A stretch of DNA of 64,000 bases from Phoronis australis (lineage: Eukaryota > Animalia > Phoronida), in contig NMRA01000182.1 of the NCBI GenBank assembly GCA_002633005.1, positions 665,768-729,767 on the forward strand, in the 5' to 3' direction. The notes beneath the pieces are model-generated. The model saw only the letters and a program-made list of their open reading frames with translations, had not been told where the DNA came from and searched no databases. Both the position numbers and the translations under genes were made by a program. The number at the start of each line of letters is the position of its first letter. Within the stretch, counting starts at the first letter, position 1. Below are positions 34,101 through 46,100 of the stretch, in pieces.

Positions 34101-37100
34101 TTTTTGAGTTCTAAACACAAAACGCTTGTTATCCTGGCCAGTGGCTCGGAGCCCGACTCCGTCGCGGCCGGCCGGATTGACTCGTTATCCCGAGCGGGCT
34201 AGTGGCTCGGAAAGGCTGATCAGACATCACGAATATAAACCAGCCAATGTTCAGTGGAAACTAAACTTCCAGTCAAGAAAATACTATACTAGTGATCCAA
34301 AGATATGTGCATGTGATTATGTAGGTGAATTACCACGAAACTGCAAATCTACTTACTCGTCGGGGCCGCGAATTCAGGTTCTGCTTTGGCCACAGCACCG
34401 TCAGGGCAGAAGTTGTACATTGACAATCATTATTTGAGTAATGTAAATGTAAATAAAGATTCCCCTAACACCTGGCCGTGGGATGGAAATCGAGTTGTTT
34501 CACAACAGTTTCTGCCAGCAAACACTAAATTAGCTGAGCTCACACGACCCGGTGTCCCGTCAATTAGTTTTATTGCACCGGCCTAAAGCCGGTAACGCAG
34601 TGATTTATTCATTGCGGGCTTCTCAAATCATTTGCACTCACGAACACTCCAAAGGCATTAAAAATTGGATCCAATGAGACAGACTTTGTTTCAGTTTTAT
34701 ATAAGTATTGGTTAGGTGAGAATAATTCATTTTGAAACAGAAAGCTCAGTAATAAACGCCAACATGGCAATTCGCAATCCCTACTTAGGACGAGCTAGAG
34801 CTCATCAGTCCCGACTTCGCAGGTGGATCGTTAAGTTTTACAGGCTATCAATTCGAACAGGAATACAGTGATGAAGAAATACTAGAGAGGCGCCGTGAAC
34901 AAGCTCAGACAACGGAACGTATGGAGTTATTTGGTAAGCCGGTATTCGTCTGGCACTGTCGACGTCTGCAGGCCACAGACACGGAAATGTTTCACGGCCT
35001 CATACTTGCTATTTACAGCGTACATTTCATTCTTCACTACCATGAGCCACTTACTAAGCATTTCGAACTCTCGAGAAAGTAAAAAACGATATATCCACTT
35101 TCCTCGCAACTGCTTAGTTCGGACAAGCGGGAACGATGCACCGCAACATAGCGGCATTCACTCTGCATATGAACTACTGACGTCGCTAGCGTCGTTTCTC
35201 ACCTTCCTCACAGGTTAACGCGACACCTATTGGCAAGGTAAAGTCGACCGTATGCGAGGCGATGTAGATATAGACCGATTAAGACGGCAAAAAATACTAA
35301 TTAAATCGGGTGGCATTCTCCTTTAAGAAAATGGCGCTCCTACACGCCAAATGTGGAAATTGGTGTACATGTACGATGAGTTATTCTCGCAACGAACCTT
35401 GCGGTCTGTTTTATGTGAAATTTAGTAGTTCCTCCAGTTAGAAGTCGTAGCAACAGTTGGATAATCTTTGAAGTTTAGCGGTGGCAATTTTCGTGGTTTT
35501 CGTCATAGAAACTAACCACTCCCAGTTATTCCTGGGAGTTACATTCTTGGCAATAAGTCGGACATCTGTCAAAGTTCTGTCCGGGAATCCAATTGCAGAG
35601 TCATTTGACATACTTCATCAAGATACTGGTTTATATGCATTGGAATGAATTACTTTCTGCAGGTATTGATGCATAATTAGACGATAGCAATAAGTTGAAA
35701 ACACCTCCGGCTCATGACGAGTTCGGAGAGTCATGCGAAACTCGAGTATGACGAGTCCGTACAGATATTTTGAGAATAGGTGTCATAAGTTGCTACATAA
35801 CTTAAACTAGAGTTACAAATATCAAACTTACTTCTGGCATGGGCGTTGTCTATGCTTACATGGTGGTACGCAAACACAAACAATACCCAAACAAAAACAA
35901 ATGTAAACAATCAGTTAAATCTCTTGAGCCTAGTCAGTATAGGGACCTTATTAAAGTAATTAAGGTCACATCCAACAACTACTCTTCCGCTGAGTGCATG
36001 CTAACAGTTTCATTGCAAAACGTCATGTGTAACGAGTTAAAAGATCTCCTATAGAAGGCCTTGTCGGGGAAATTTTGTCAACTTTGCTCATGACAACGCA
36101 AAATAGGGGCGACCATGGGGAGAGATATGAGTGGTGACCATTTGGGGAGAAATAATCTTAGCCACTGATGGTCGTGAATAACATTAAAATCTTCAGTCAC
36201 TTTTGACAGGCGCTTTTTTGGTTTATGTTCAGTCTGAGACTCGTTTGGTACACCTTTCGTCAAAGCGTACTTTTTACACGATTGATTCTAAGGTATTACT
36301 TCTACTGAGATTTTTCAAACAAGTGATTGATTATTTTGAGAACTGTCTAGTATCTTAAACATGAGTATTGAGAAAAATAAGATGATCTTTGTGTTCCAGT
36401 ACACTTGTTTTCTTCAAACAAAATGCAGTTTTTTGACTTGTGTAGAAATGGATCATACACTAAACCTAGCACAACTTCAAGAAACTGTGGTTTTGAGTCG
36501 CATGAACGGAACATACATATTGTGGAATTTTTAGCAGTCGCTGCAACACCAAATAGTTTAGATACTGGTTTGGGAAGCTGGTAACTTGGATACCACTCAA
36601 AGTATTATGTTTTCAACCGTAAATATGCGTATCTGTCATTTTCGGAAACCGCAAATTCCAGTGCGGCACGTACCACCATGCTCGACCGCTTTTGTATAGT
36701 AGAAGAAGCATGGCGCTACTCCTTTGCATATGTAATCGTAGATACTCCTAAAGAGATTCGCGACTTCGTGACGCAAAAGTACGTGAGCAGGATTCAAAAC
36801 TTCCGGTCTCATGGCTAAGCATAGTAACGAAGGTAAACTTTGGTTTTTATTTCGCGCACATCAAGCACATTTTTGAGTTTGAAACTAATTTGTTGTGTTT
36901 AATGCAAACTAAATCGCAAATGCTAGGAAACCTGTCGGAATTAAAGGAGAATGCCACCCGATTTAATTAGTTTTTTTGCCGTCTTAATCGGTCTAAATCC
37001 ACATCGTCTCGCATACGGTCGACCTTACCTTGCCAAGAGGTGTCGCGTTAACCTGTGAGGATGGTGAGAAACGACGCTAGGGACGTCAGTTGTTCATATG

Positions 37101-40100
37101 CAGATTGAATGCCGCTATGTTGCGGTGCATCGTTTCGGCTTGTCCGAACAAAGCAGTTGCGAGGAAAGTGGATATATCGTTTTTTTTTACTTTCTCGAGA
37201 GTCCGAAATGCTTAGGAAGTGGCTCATGGTAGTGAAGAATAAAATGCACGCTGTAAATAGCAAGTATGAGGCCGTGAAACATCTCCGTGACTTTGGCCTG
37301 CAGACGTCGACAGTGCCAGACGAATACCGGCTTACCAAATAACTCCATACATGTACGTTCCGTTGTTTGAGCTTGTTCACGGCGCCTCTCTAGTATTTCT
37401 TCGTCACTGTATTCCTGTTCGAATTGATAGCCTGTAAAACTTAACGATCCACTTGCGAAGTCGGGACTGATGAGCTCTAGCTCGTCCTAAGTAGGGATTG
37501 CGAATTGCCATGTTGGCGTTTATTACTGAGCTTTCTGTTTCAAAATGAATTATTCTCACCTAACCAATACTTATATAAAACTGAAACAAAGTCTGTCTCA
37601 TTGGATCCAATTTTTAATGCCTTTGGAGTGTTCGTGAGTGCAAATGATTTGAGAAGCCCGCAATGAATAAATCACTGCGTTACCGGCTTTAGGCCGGTGC
37701 AATAAAACTAATTGACGGGACACCGGGTCGTGTGAGCTCAGCTAATTTAGTGTTTGCTGGCAGAAACTGTTGTGAAACAACTCGATTTCCATCCCACGGC
37801 CAGGTGTTAGGGGAATCTTTATTTACATTTACAGTACTCAAATAATGATTGTCAATGTACAACTTCTGCCCTGACGGTGCTGTGGCCAAAGCAGAACCTG
37901 AATTCGCGGCCCCGACGAGTAAGTAGATTTGCAGTTTCGTGGTAATTCACCAACATAATCACATGCACATATCTTTGGATCACTAGTATAGTATTTTCTT
38001 GACTGGAAGTTTAGTTTCCACTGAACTTTGGCTGGTTTATGTTCGTGATGTCTGATCAGCCTTTCCGAGCCACTAGCCCGCTCGGGATAACGAGTCAATC
38101 CGGCCGGCCGCGATGGAGTCGGGCTCGGAGCCACTGGCCAGGATAACAAACGTTTTGTGTTTAGAACTCAAAAAATCACAAGTCTAAACAACACCGATCT
38201 AGGTTCTCATGTCTGTATCTCACGAAAAATACTTCGAAATTATCTCCGAACAGACCCCAATCTCCTGCTACCGACCTTATTGGTCTGCCGAACTTTCTAG
38301 GCTACGGTGTGTCCAAATACCAATAAATCCTTCAGAGCGAAATAAAACAACACGTTTTTATAAGAGCTCGGTGTATTTTTAAGGGTTTTACATCGAATTT
38401 TGATGATGTATTGGTGTTAAACGATGACTTCAAGCGATAAGCTAAAACCAGTAACCCGTGTTGTGAACTGCTGAACAGACATGGGTGTGAAACCGATGAC
38501 GTCATTGGATGATTTCAACACCTCCGTCTGCCGTCAGGTGTCAGATAACGCAACCGTACGTGTCGTTATGGAGTCGAACTACTGGATCTTAATTGATTCT
38601 AATTGGGTTGTTTTTTGGGTGGCATGCTCCTTTAAATTTCTCCTCTGCCAGTTCACGTCTTTTCTTAGTGGTACTAACTCTTTCAATCTCAGTGACAAAA
38701 TGGCACATATTTTGTACATACAATCTTTCAACTCCAAGCGCAGATGGGGTGGGGATTTGTTTATTTGTCCCTAATGGATTTATGGCGGAAAAGGTTCAGC
38801 CCTTGCATACGTGATAGGATATAGATGGACGACAACAACAACAAAACTGTTGCAGCTACTAATACTACTAACCCCAATCATAAACAGACTAAAGATGCCA
38901 TATCTCATTAAATTGTGAATATGCAAATGAACCACCATCCGAAGGTAAACTGATGCGAAGGTTCATTACTCCGAAGGCTCACCACTCCGAAGGTTCACTA
39001 TTCCGAAGGTTCAACACCTTCGAAAGTTCACTTCTTCGATTGTCCACAATTCCTAATCCAGAACTCCGACGGTTCACTTCTCTGATTGTATACTAATGAG
39101 TCAGAACTGACATGAATAAAGTATTATATTTGTGTCCATTAAGGAACCATTTAAAGGGTGTGCAAGAGCTGAATAATTCCTAAAACATTGATCACATTGT
39201 TTAACATAGAACTCAGTTCCAATCACTGCCAATCGTGATTCTTGAATCTAACCAAAAACTCATTCTCAATTAGGGACAACATCTGGGGAACGGACCCGCG
39301 CTGCGGCGACCAACTGCGGTTTTAAAATTTCAGAAAACTTGTTGAGACTTTCGTGAAGAGTTTCTGGGACAGGAGAGCCTACTAACTACATTTAGTTTCG
39401 ACCCGACCGTGCGAGTAGTTCCGGTGGGTGACCATGAGAGGCAGAGGCCGAAAATGTTTCAGTCGCGCTGTGAGATGGTGCAACCTTGACATGGATTTGA
39501 TGAATGTATCGTGGTTGATAATTAATCAATATACCTACTTCATATTCTTTTAGAAATGCAAGAACCCACTCAGTTTTACGTATTTGAAAGACATGTGGGT
39601 AATTTCGCATGCACTTGAAATCAAAACAACGTGATTTATTGTTTAGGAGTTGTTTACGGTATAGTTTCACCTAATGATCGTAATGTCGTTTGCTTTTGTA
39701 TCTAAAACTATAACAGCTACACCTGAATCAGAAACTTAAGATATTTTCGGAGTAGTGAACCTTTGGAATAGTAAACCCTCGGATAATAGCCTGTTCCCAT
39801 TTCCAGCAATGTAAGAAATGAATAACACACAAAATGAAATCACATAAGAACTCACGTCAATTTAGTATCCCTCAGGGCCATGCCGAAAACTCCAGTGTCG
39901 ACCTTTGAAAAATATCAAAGTCCACATTTCCTAGAAATTCGAACCTCCCCCGCGCAATGCTGGCTACGGGCCTCAGTTCCTCTACTTTCCCATTTTCCTG
40001 TTTAAGTCCTTGTTGTCCGTCTTTCAAATTTGAGTCATCCCCGTAGCCCAACAGGTAGATATCGCCACCAGTTTTCCCCGACATCTATCTTCTGAGCTGT

Positions 40101-43100
40101 CAAAGCTCAACTGACACGCACTGGCTTTGGGTGTGATATCAACAACTTCTTGAATAATTCCGGTTTATTTTTGATTCTAATGGATCTTCGCCAAATTTCA
40201 TTCCGATATGCATGAACGCTCACATGAATCTAAAACTTTTTGTGTCGAAAAGTATGTATCCGATCCCCCAAAACTTCTCAATGTCGTTCGTTACGGTGTT
40301 GTAGTGGGTAACAGTTCTGCCTCATCTTGAAACAGTAAGAGCGCCATATAGTCTAAGGGAACGTATCATCTGCTATCATTCTATTTAACTTAACCCAGGT
40401 GTTTGACTTACCTACTGTTTTCAAAACATCGATCACGCATGGCAGTGGCAGATCTACATTTTCAGTAAGGGGGGTTTAGGATTCCAGTGAATCCGAGGCA
40501 CGTAGCGCCGAGCGGAAGGAAGGGGAGAAACATTTTTTGTGGTTTTTTTTTTTGTAGCTGATTTCATTTTTCTGGAGGGAATTTATTTCAAATTTTTATT
40601 TTTAATCCTGTCCCGATGGGGGTTGAACCCCCTAAATCCCCCTGTAGATCCGCCTCTGCATGGTTTAACTTCTCAAATTCTTATACTGCACTGTATTCTC
40701 GTGGTAATTCTGTCTCTATACCCCTTTTGCACTCATTTTATTCGATGTATTCTTATCTTTCCCTTCTTGTTCTTCTTTTGACTACTTCATAAAAGAACTC
40801 TTGTGCTCAAACTCTTTCCCTCTCATATATATCTTTTGCTTGAACTGGTTTCGCAGCCCTCCTCCAAAACAGTGATGCGCAGGACCGTAGCCAGCATTGC
40901 GCGGGGAGTGGTTCGAATTTCTAGAAAGGTAGACCTTTTGCACTCGAGGTTTTGGTAAGGCGCTTGATGCAGTTTAATTATGGGGAAGGGAACTCTATAT
41001 CTACGACAACGATGGCCCTCAGCTCTATGTTTCTGAGATAAGACGGAATTTGTAATACCAGAAATGAGTATGTCGCGACGGTTGCTCGCAAACAACAGGT
41101 ATCAAATTCGGACGTAAAGTGATCCGTAAATATAGCCTATCGTTCTCGCGTTACCTCATGCCAAACTTTCAAATCGCGCTTTTTTAAATGAGTGATTACA
41201 ACTCATTACATACTCGCAAAGAAATATTTAGTGGGAGAATGCCTGACGTAATTTTTTCATCTGATTGTATTTTTGATGAAAGTTCCTTACATGGGTGGAA
41301 ATGGGAACAGCCCCCTATTCCGAAAATTCACTATTCCAAAGGTTCACTACTTCGAAGGTTCACCACTACGAAGGTTCACTACTCCGAAAATGTCTAAAAT
41401 TTCAGGTGTAACTTCTACATGCAACATAAGCGACACTTCGGTTATTGCAACTATACCGACAAAAAACACCCGGCTAATAAATCACTTTGTTTTTGTGTCC
41501 TGTTCATGTCTGAGTGAGTATGTCTACTTGCATTTCTAAAAGAATATGAAGTCGGATTGTTGATGAATTATCAACCACGATACGTTCATCAATCCCATGA
41601 TAAGATTGCATCATCTCACAGCGCGATAGAAAATTTTAGGACCGCTGCGCTTCAACCTCACCCACCGGAATTTCTCGCACCGCCGGGTCGAAACTAAATG
41701 TAGTAAGTAAGCTACCCTGTCCCTGTCACGAAGTCTCATTAAGTCTTCTTAAATTTAAAACCGCCGTTGGTCGTCGCCTCCCGGATGCGTGCCCCAGGTT
41801 TTGTCCCTAATTGAGAACGAGACTTTAGTTAGATTCAAGAATCACGATTGCCAGTGATAGGAACTGAGCTCTTTTGTAAACAATGTAAATCAATCTTTTC
41901 GGGACTATTCAACTCTTTCACACCCTTTAAATGATTATTAAATGGACACAAATACAATATCTTATTCATTTTCAATTCTGAATCCTTAGTAGAAAATCAG
42001 GGCAATGAACTGTTGGAGTTCTGGTTTCGAAATTAAGAACATATGAAGTGGTGAACTTTCGATGGTAGCGAACCTTCGGATTAGCGAACCTTCGGTCATG
42101 TGCACGTAACCTTGGAAATCTTTTCCATCAAAATTGTTGCTCGTATGAAATCTACGGGGCTGTGCGCCATTGACATTGATTGACAAGAGAAGACTTTCTT
42201 CATTGACTAAAGTTTTAATTAGGTCTAGACTTACCTAATAATGTGAACATGCGGGAATTTCTCAGTGCAAGAAAACGCGGTAACTGAATGTCTGATTTTT
42301 GAGAAACGACAGAGTAGTCTTTGAGCTTACCGTTGGCGTGTACTGAATTTAAAGAACCGGAACGCAGCGCTTTACATCAGAAGCAAATTCAGAATTAATA
42401 TTAACTTAGTTGTGATCATTGTGGTTAGTAGAACTAGTAGCTTCAACAGTTTTGTTGTCCATCTACTAAATCTTTTCTTATCCTATCGGATAGGCTAGGG
42501 CTGGACCTTTTCCTCGGAGGGGGGTTCGATCGAGCCCCCAACCCCCCCCCCTGGCTACGGGCCTCATGCGAATGCATCGATATTTTTTTAATCTGGAACA
42601 TTCCAAACGGCCGTGTACATGATGTGTTAGATACCTAATCCTTAGTACTTGATCGCCGTGATGTACGATGTCGTGGCCAACTACTTCAGAAAAATGATGT
42701 GTACCAACACAGAAGTAATATCACTTGTAGTTGGTTGAATCGAAACATTTGTAAAGTGTTTTTTTTTACATCGACTTCACTCTGTCCAAAATGGGACAAT
42801 GGCCTAGCCCTTCTAATCTGTGCTCTCACTTTAATACACAATTTGCAAATGCATCCAATCTTTCTTAAGTCACCTATCCGACAATACTCCTCGAGAACTA
42901 TTAGTAATTATAAAAGGTCTATTCCGGTTAAAATTTGACATTCTTAATCAACTCACTGGCGAGTTCTTACAGCTTTCAAAAATCTACTCATGACGAATTC
43001 GTACAGTTGGCTCAGGCGAGTCCGTACAGTAGTTAGTCTGGCTGGCTAATTTACACTTTTCATTTCTTTGTTAATCAAGCACACTTTTAGCTGAATTTTC

Positions 43101-46100
43101 TGCAGCACACGCCCATATTCATGAACTATTACTTATAGTATGAAATGTATTGAATCAATGACATAATGCATCATTTCATAACAAAGTTTCACCGATATTT
43201 CTATTTTTCTCACAGCACCACCGAGTCGTATTGTGTCGTCATTGCTGGTCACCAATGTGAGATACTTTCAGCGTTTGCCACGACTTCTAAGCTATTGGAC
43301 AGAACAGTCCCTAATTATATATAGAATCGATTTGGACATTTCAAAGACAAATTTGTTCGACTGATGTTCTATTCCTACGTCAAATTGCTCACGACGACGC
43401 CGTATTCTCCGTGACAAGCCCAAACACGTTGTACAGGTCCCCACACCGTGAAAGACACCATGTCATTAGAAAATCACTTTTACACTTCCTGTCCCTTGAC
43501 CCTAAAATTCGGTTAAGTTGATCCGATCAAAATTGTATGTAACTTCTGGCTACTCTTGACTGGCACCAAGGGATATACGCAATTTGAAGAGCCAATCTCA
43601 AAAATCGCAGCAATAAAAGCATTTGAAAGAAATGTATAAGTTAAAGCCTCCGGGGGTGTTATAGTCTGATAACCAATGGAAATTGATTGGCAATTGGTTG
43701 AACCACTACGAATATGAACGCTCTCCCTAATACAGCATGTAAAAATTAGCTTACTGCAAAAATCTGAAATTTAATAGAGAACTGCAGTTAATGACTTCAA
43801 AGTTGCACCTAATGATCTGAAAGTTTGTGCTCCAAGTTTCCTTAGGAAAGGATAACGTACGCCTGATTATGAAACGTCCATCTCAAAATTCATATTTGCA
43901 ATTACCGACCTTTGATCCGGAAATTGATCCGATCGAAATTCCATGTAGGTTTTAGGTGCACTTATGCGGCACCAAGCTCCTTACGAAATTTGAAGAGCCA
44001 TTCTCTAAATCGCAGGAGGAGATTAGCATTTGGAGAAATGTACTGGTTAACCACTCTGGGAGGCTTATAGTGCCTTTTGGGTCATATCCGTATTATCAAT
44101 AGAATTGGATAGGCAATTGGTTGAAAAACTACGAATATGAACGCCCTCCCTAAAATAACATGTAAGTACTAGCTGATTCAAAAAGTCTAAAATTTACCGG
44201 AAATCGGTACATAATGACCCCAAAGTTTGCGACTGAACTTCTTATAAGAATGGAATACTTACATATAAGCGTGATTATGAAAGATCTAACTAAAAATCCC
44301 TTTTGCATTTGATCCGGAAACTTGGTTCCCTTGATCCGATTGGAATTCCAACAAAAAGCTTTTCATTAGAATACAAAACTGACTTGTGAATTGGAAAATT
44401 CCAGCTCAAATATAAGTTTTTCACCTATTGGCCTTTGACCACAAAATGAGTTCAATTCATTTTATCGAAAATCCGTATATTCTCTCTATGTGGCCCCTAC
44501 CTGCTTACAAAATTTAAAGAGTCTGTCTCAAAATTGCCCAGTGGAATGCATTTCAAAGAAATGTATGCTGGTTGATGACTCTGAGGGTCTTGTGGTGCAT
44601 TATGGGTACTAGCAATAGTATCAATGAAACTTGATTGGTTGGACCACCATGGACATGAAACATTTCTCCGGTACATCAAGTATGTACTATTTGATTAAAA
44701 AAGTCCGACATTCAACAGAAAGCTTAATAATACCAAAATTGCACCTAATGACCCCAAATGCTGTAACTGAACCGTTTTTATGAATGGCAGACATATGCAT
44801 GAATATGAAAAGTCTTGTTAAAAATCACTTTTGCACTTACTGACCTTTGACATAGAAATTTGGCTGAACACAGAAATTTCGTGTACTTTCTGGATGCACT
44901 TATATATGCACCAAGCTGTTCATGAGATTTGAAGAGGCAATCTCAAAAATCTCAATGGAGAAGTATTTTGGGGTTCTATAGTGCATTTTGGGTCACATCC
45001 TTATAGTATTTGATTAGCATGTGGCTGAACCAGCATGAATATGAACGTTACTCACGATAAGCCGCAACATAATGAATGCCCAAATTATCCATGTCATTTT
45101 AGTGATTTTTCCGGCCAAAGAGGGGGAGGCAGGACCTCTGCATTGCAACCATAAATCAAGGACCAACAGAGGTGATACTCAGTCAGAAGAATCAGAAGAT
45201 TCCGTCTTCAGTCAAACCCGCAGCGCTTACGACTATGATGTCCTACGCAACCAGTCGTTTTGAAGGGGCTTCTTCATAACTCTTTGAATGAGTTTTACAA
45301 ACTGTGGCAGGTTGATGACGACGCATGGTAACGAACTTTTTACCAATCCAAAAACTCGGTTTCGACTAGTGGCATTTCGTGCGCTTGCCTCTGTCTTTTC
45401 AGAGTTCATCAATAGCTTTCCATGAACGTCGACTTATAGGCTTCTATTAAGAAAACAAGTGTGGCTGCATTTTTGAAAAGAATACAATTACGTAATTTAC
45501 ACCAACTAGTAGGGATTTTCTGTAATGTTCGAGTCTTTGTCCTCCGCCTCCAGAACTGCCAAACTGTCAAACAAGGATTATAGAGGGAACTGAAAGACGT
45601 GTTTCTGATGAGAGAACCAGGGCTGACGTTGACTTTGGGCGAGTGGAAGTGCTGTGGTGCCACGTACTTTAATGCTTGCGTCCCTGTATGTTGTTACTCC
45701 TTCAGATGATCTCTGTGGCATTGTAGCAAGTGTTTGCCTCTGGAAGAGGTAACGGCTGAGCACGGATTTTTCGACGGATGTGACTCTACCGCTGTTTCCC
45801 CTAGCAGTAATTATATTTTTATCTCTGTATTGTCAATAAAAAATAAATTGTTACTTAAGAGAGAGCCTACGTTTCTGCCCTCCTGGATGAATCACATACG
45901 CCAACAACACTTAAACACATACCAAATGTGTATCTTTTACTTAAAATGGATATTGGGATTCATTTGGTAACACGGTTATCACCGCAGAATAAATGCATAA
46001 CAAAATAATTAAAATGGCGCGTCATTTGAGTTTTCGTAACCGGTGTTAAAAAACAGTGCAGGCGGCCTGGTCTCATTTGCGGTACACCAGACGTGCGCAG

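Larger units (their letters stand above)
38636..42660 (-). pseudogene. Decayed coding-like repeat, probably a transposase of uncertain superfamily, broken by three insertions; less interrupted copy at ~52690-53575 (+)
   Basis: 38636-38780, 39975-40442, 40664-40874 and 42570-42660 match 52690-53575 in reverse complement; residual peptides LRFM, NFAVP, CQLSLNGKK, GGDIDLFGYE. Confidence 0.55.

Noticed and set aside
34126-35218. ORFs conserved in three places (MLSWPVA..., MATAPSG..., MNKLRQR...)
   Set aside because: Conserved only because they lie in copies of one repeat; the meaningful frames are the THAP and KolX-like remnants.
37463-37490. Hammerhead core CTGATGAG in Kolobok copies (similar near-match at ~25735)
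   Set aside because: No GAAA after a stem II; the Kolobok instance lies antisense to the KolX-like exon.
45072-45790. Possible exon or RT fragment
   Set aside because: No motif I could recognise with confidence on either strand.
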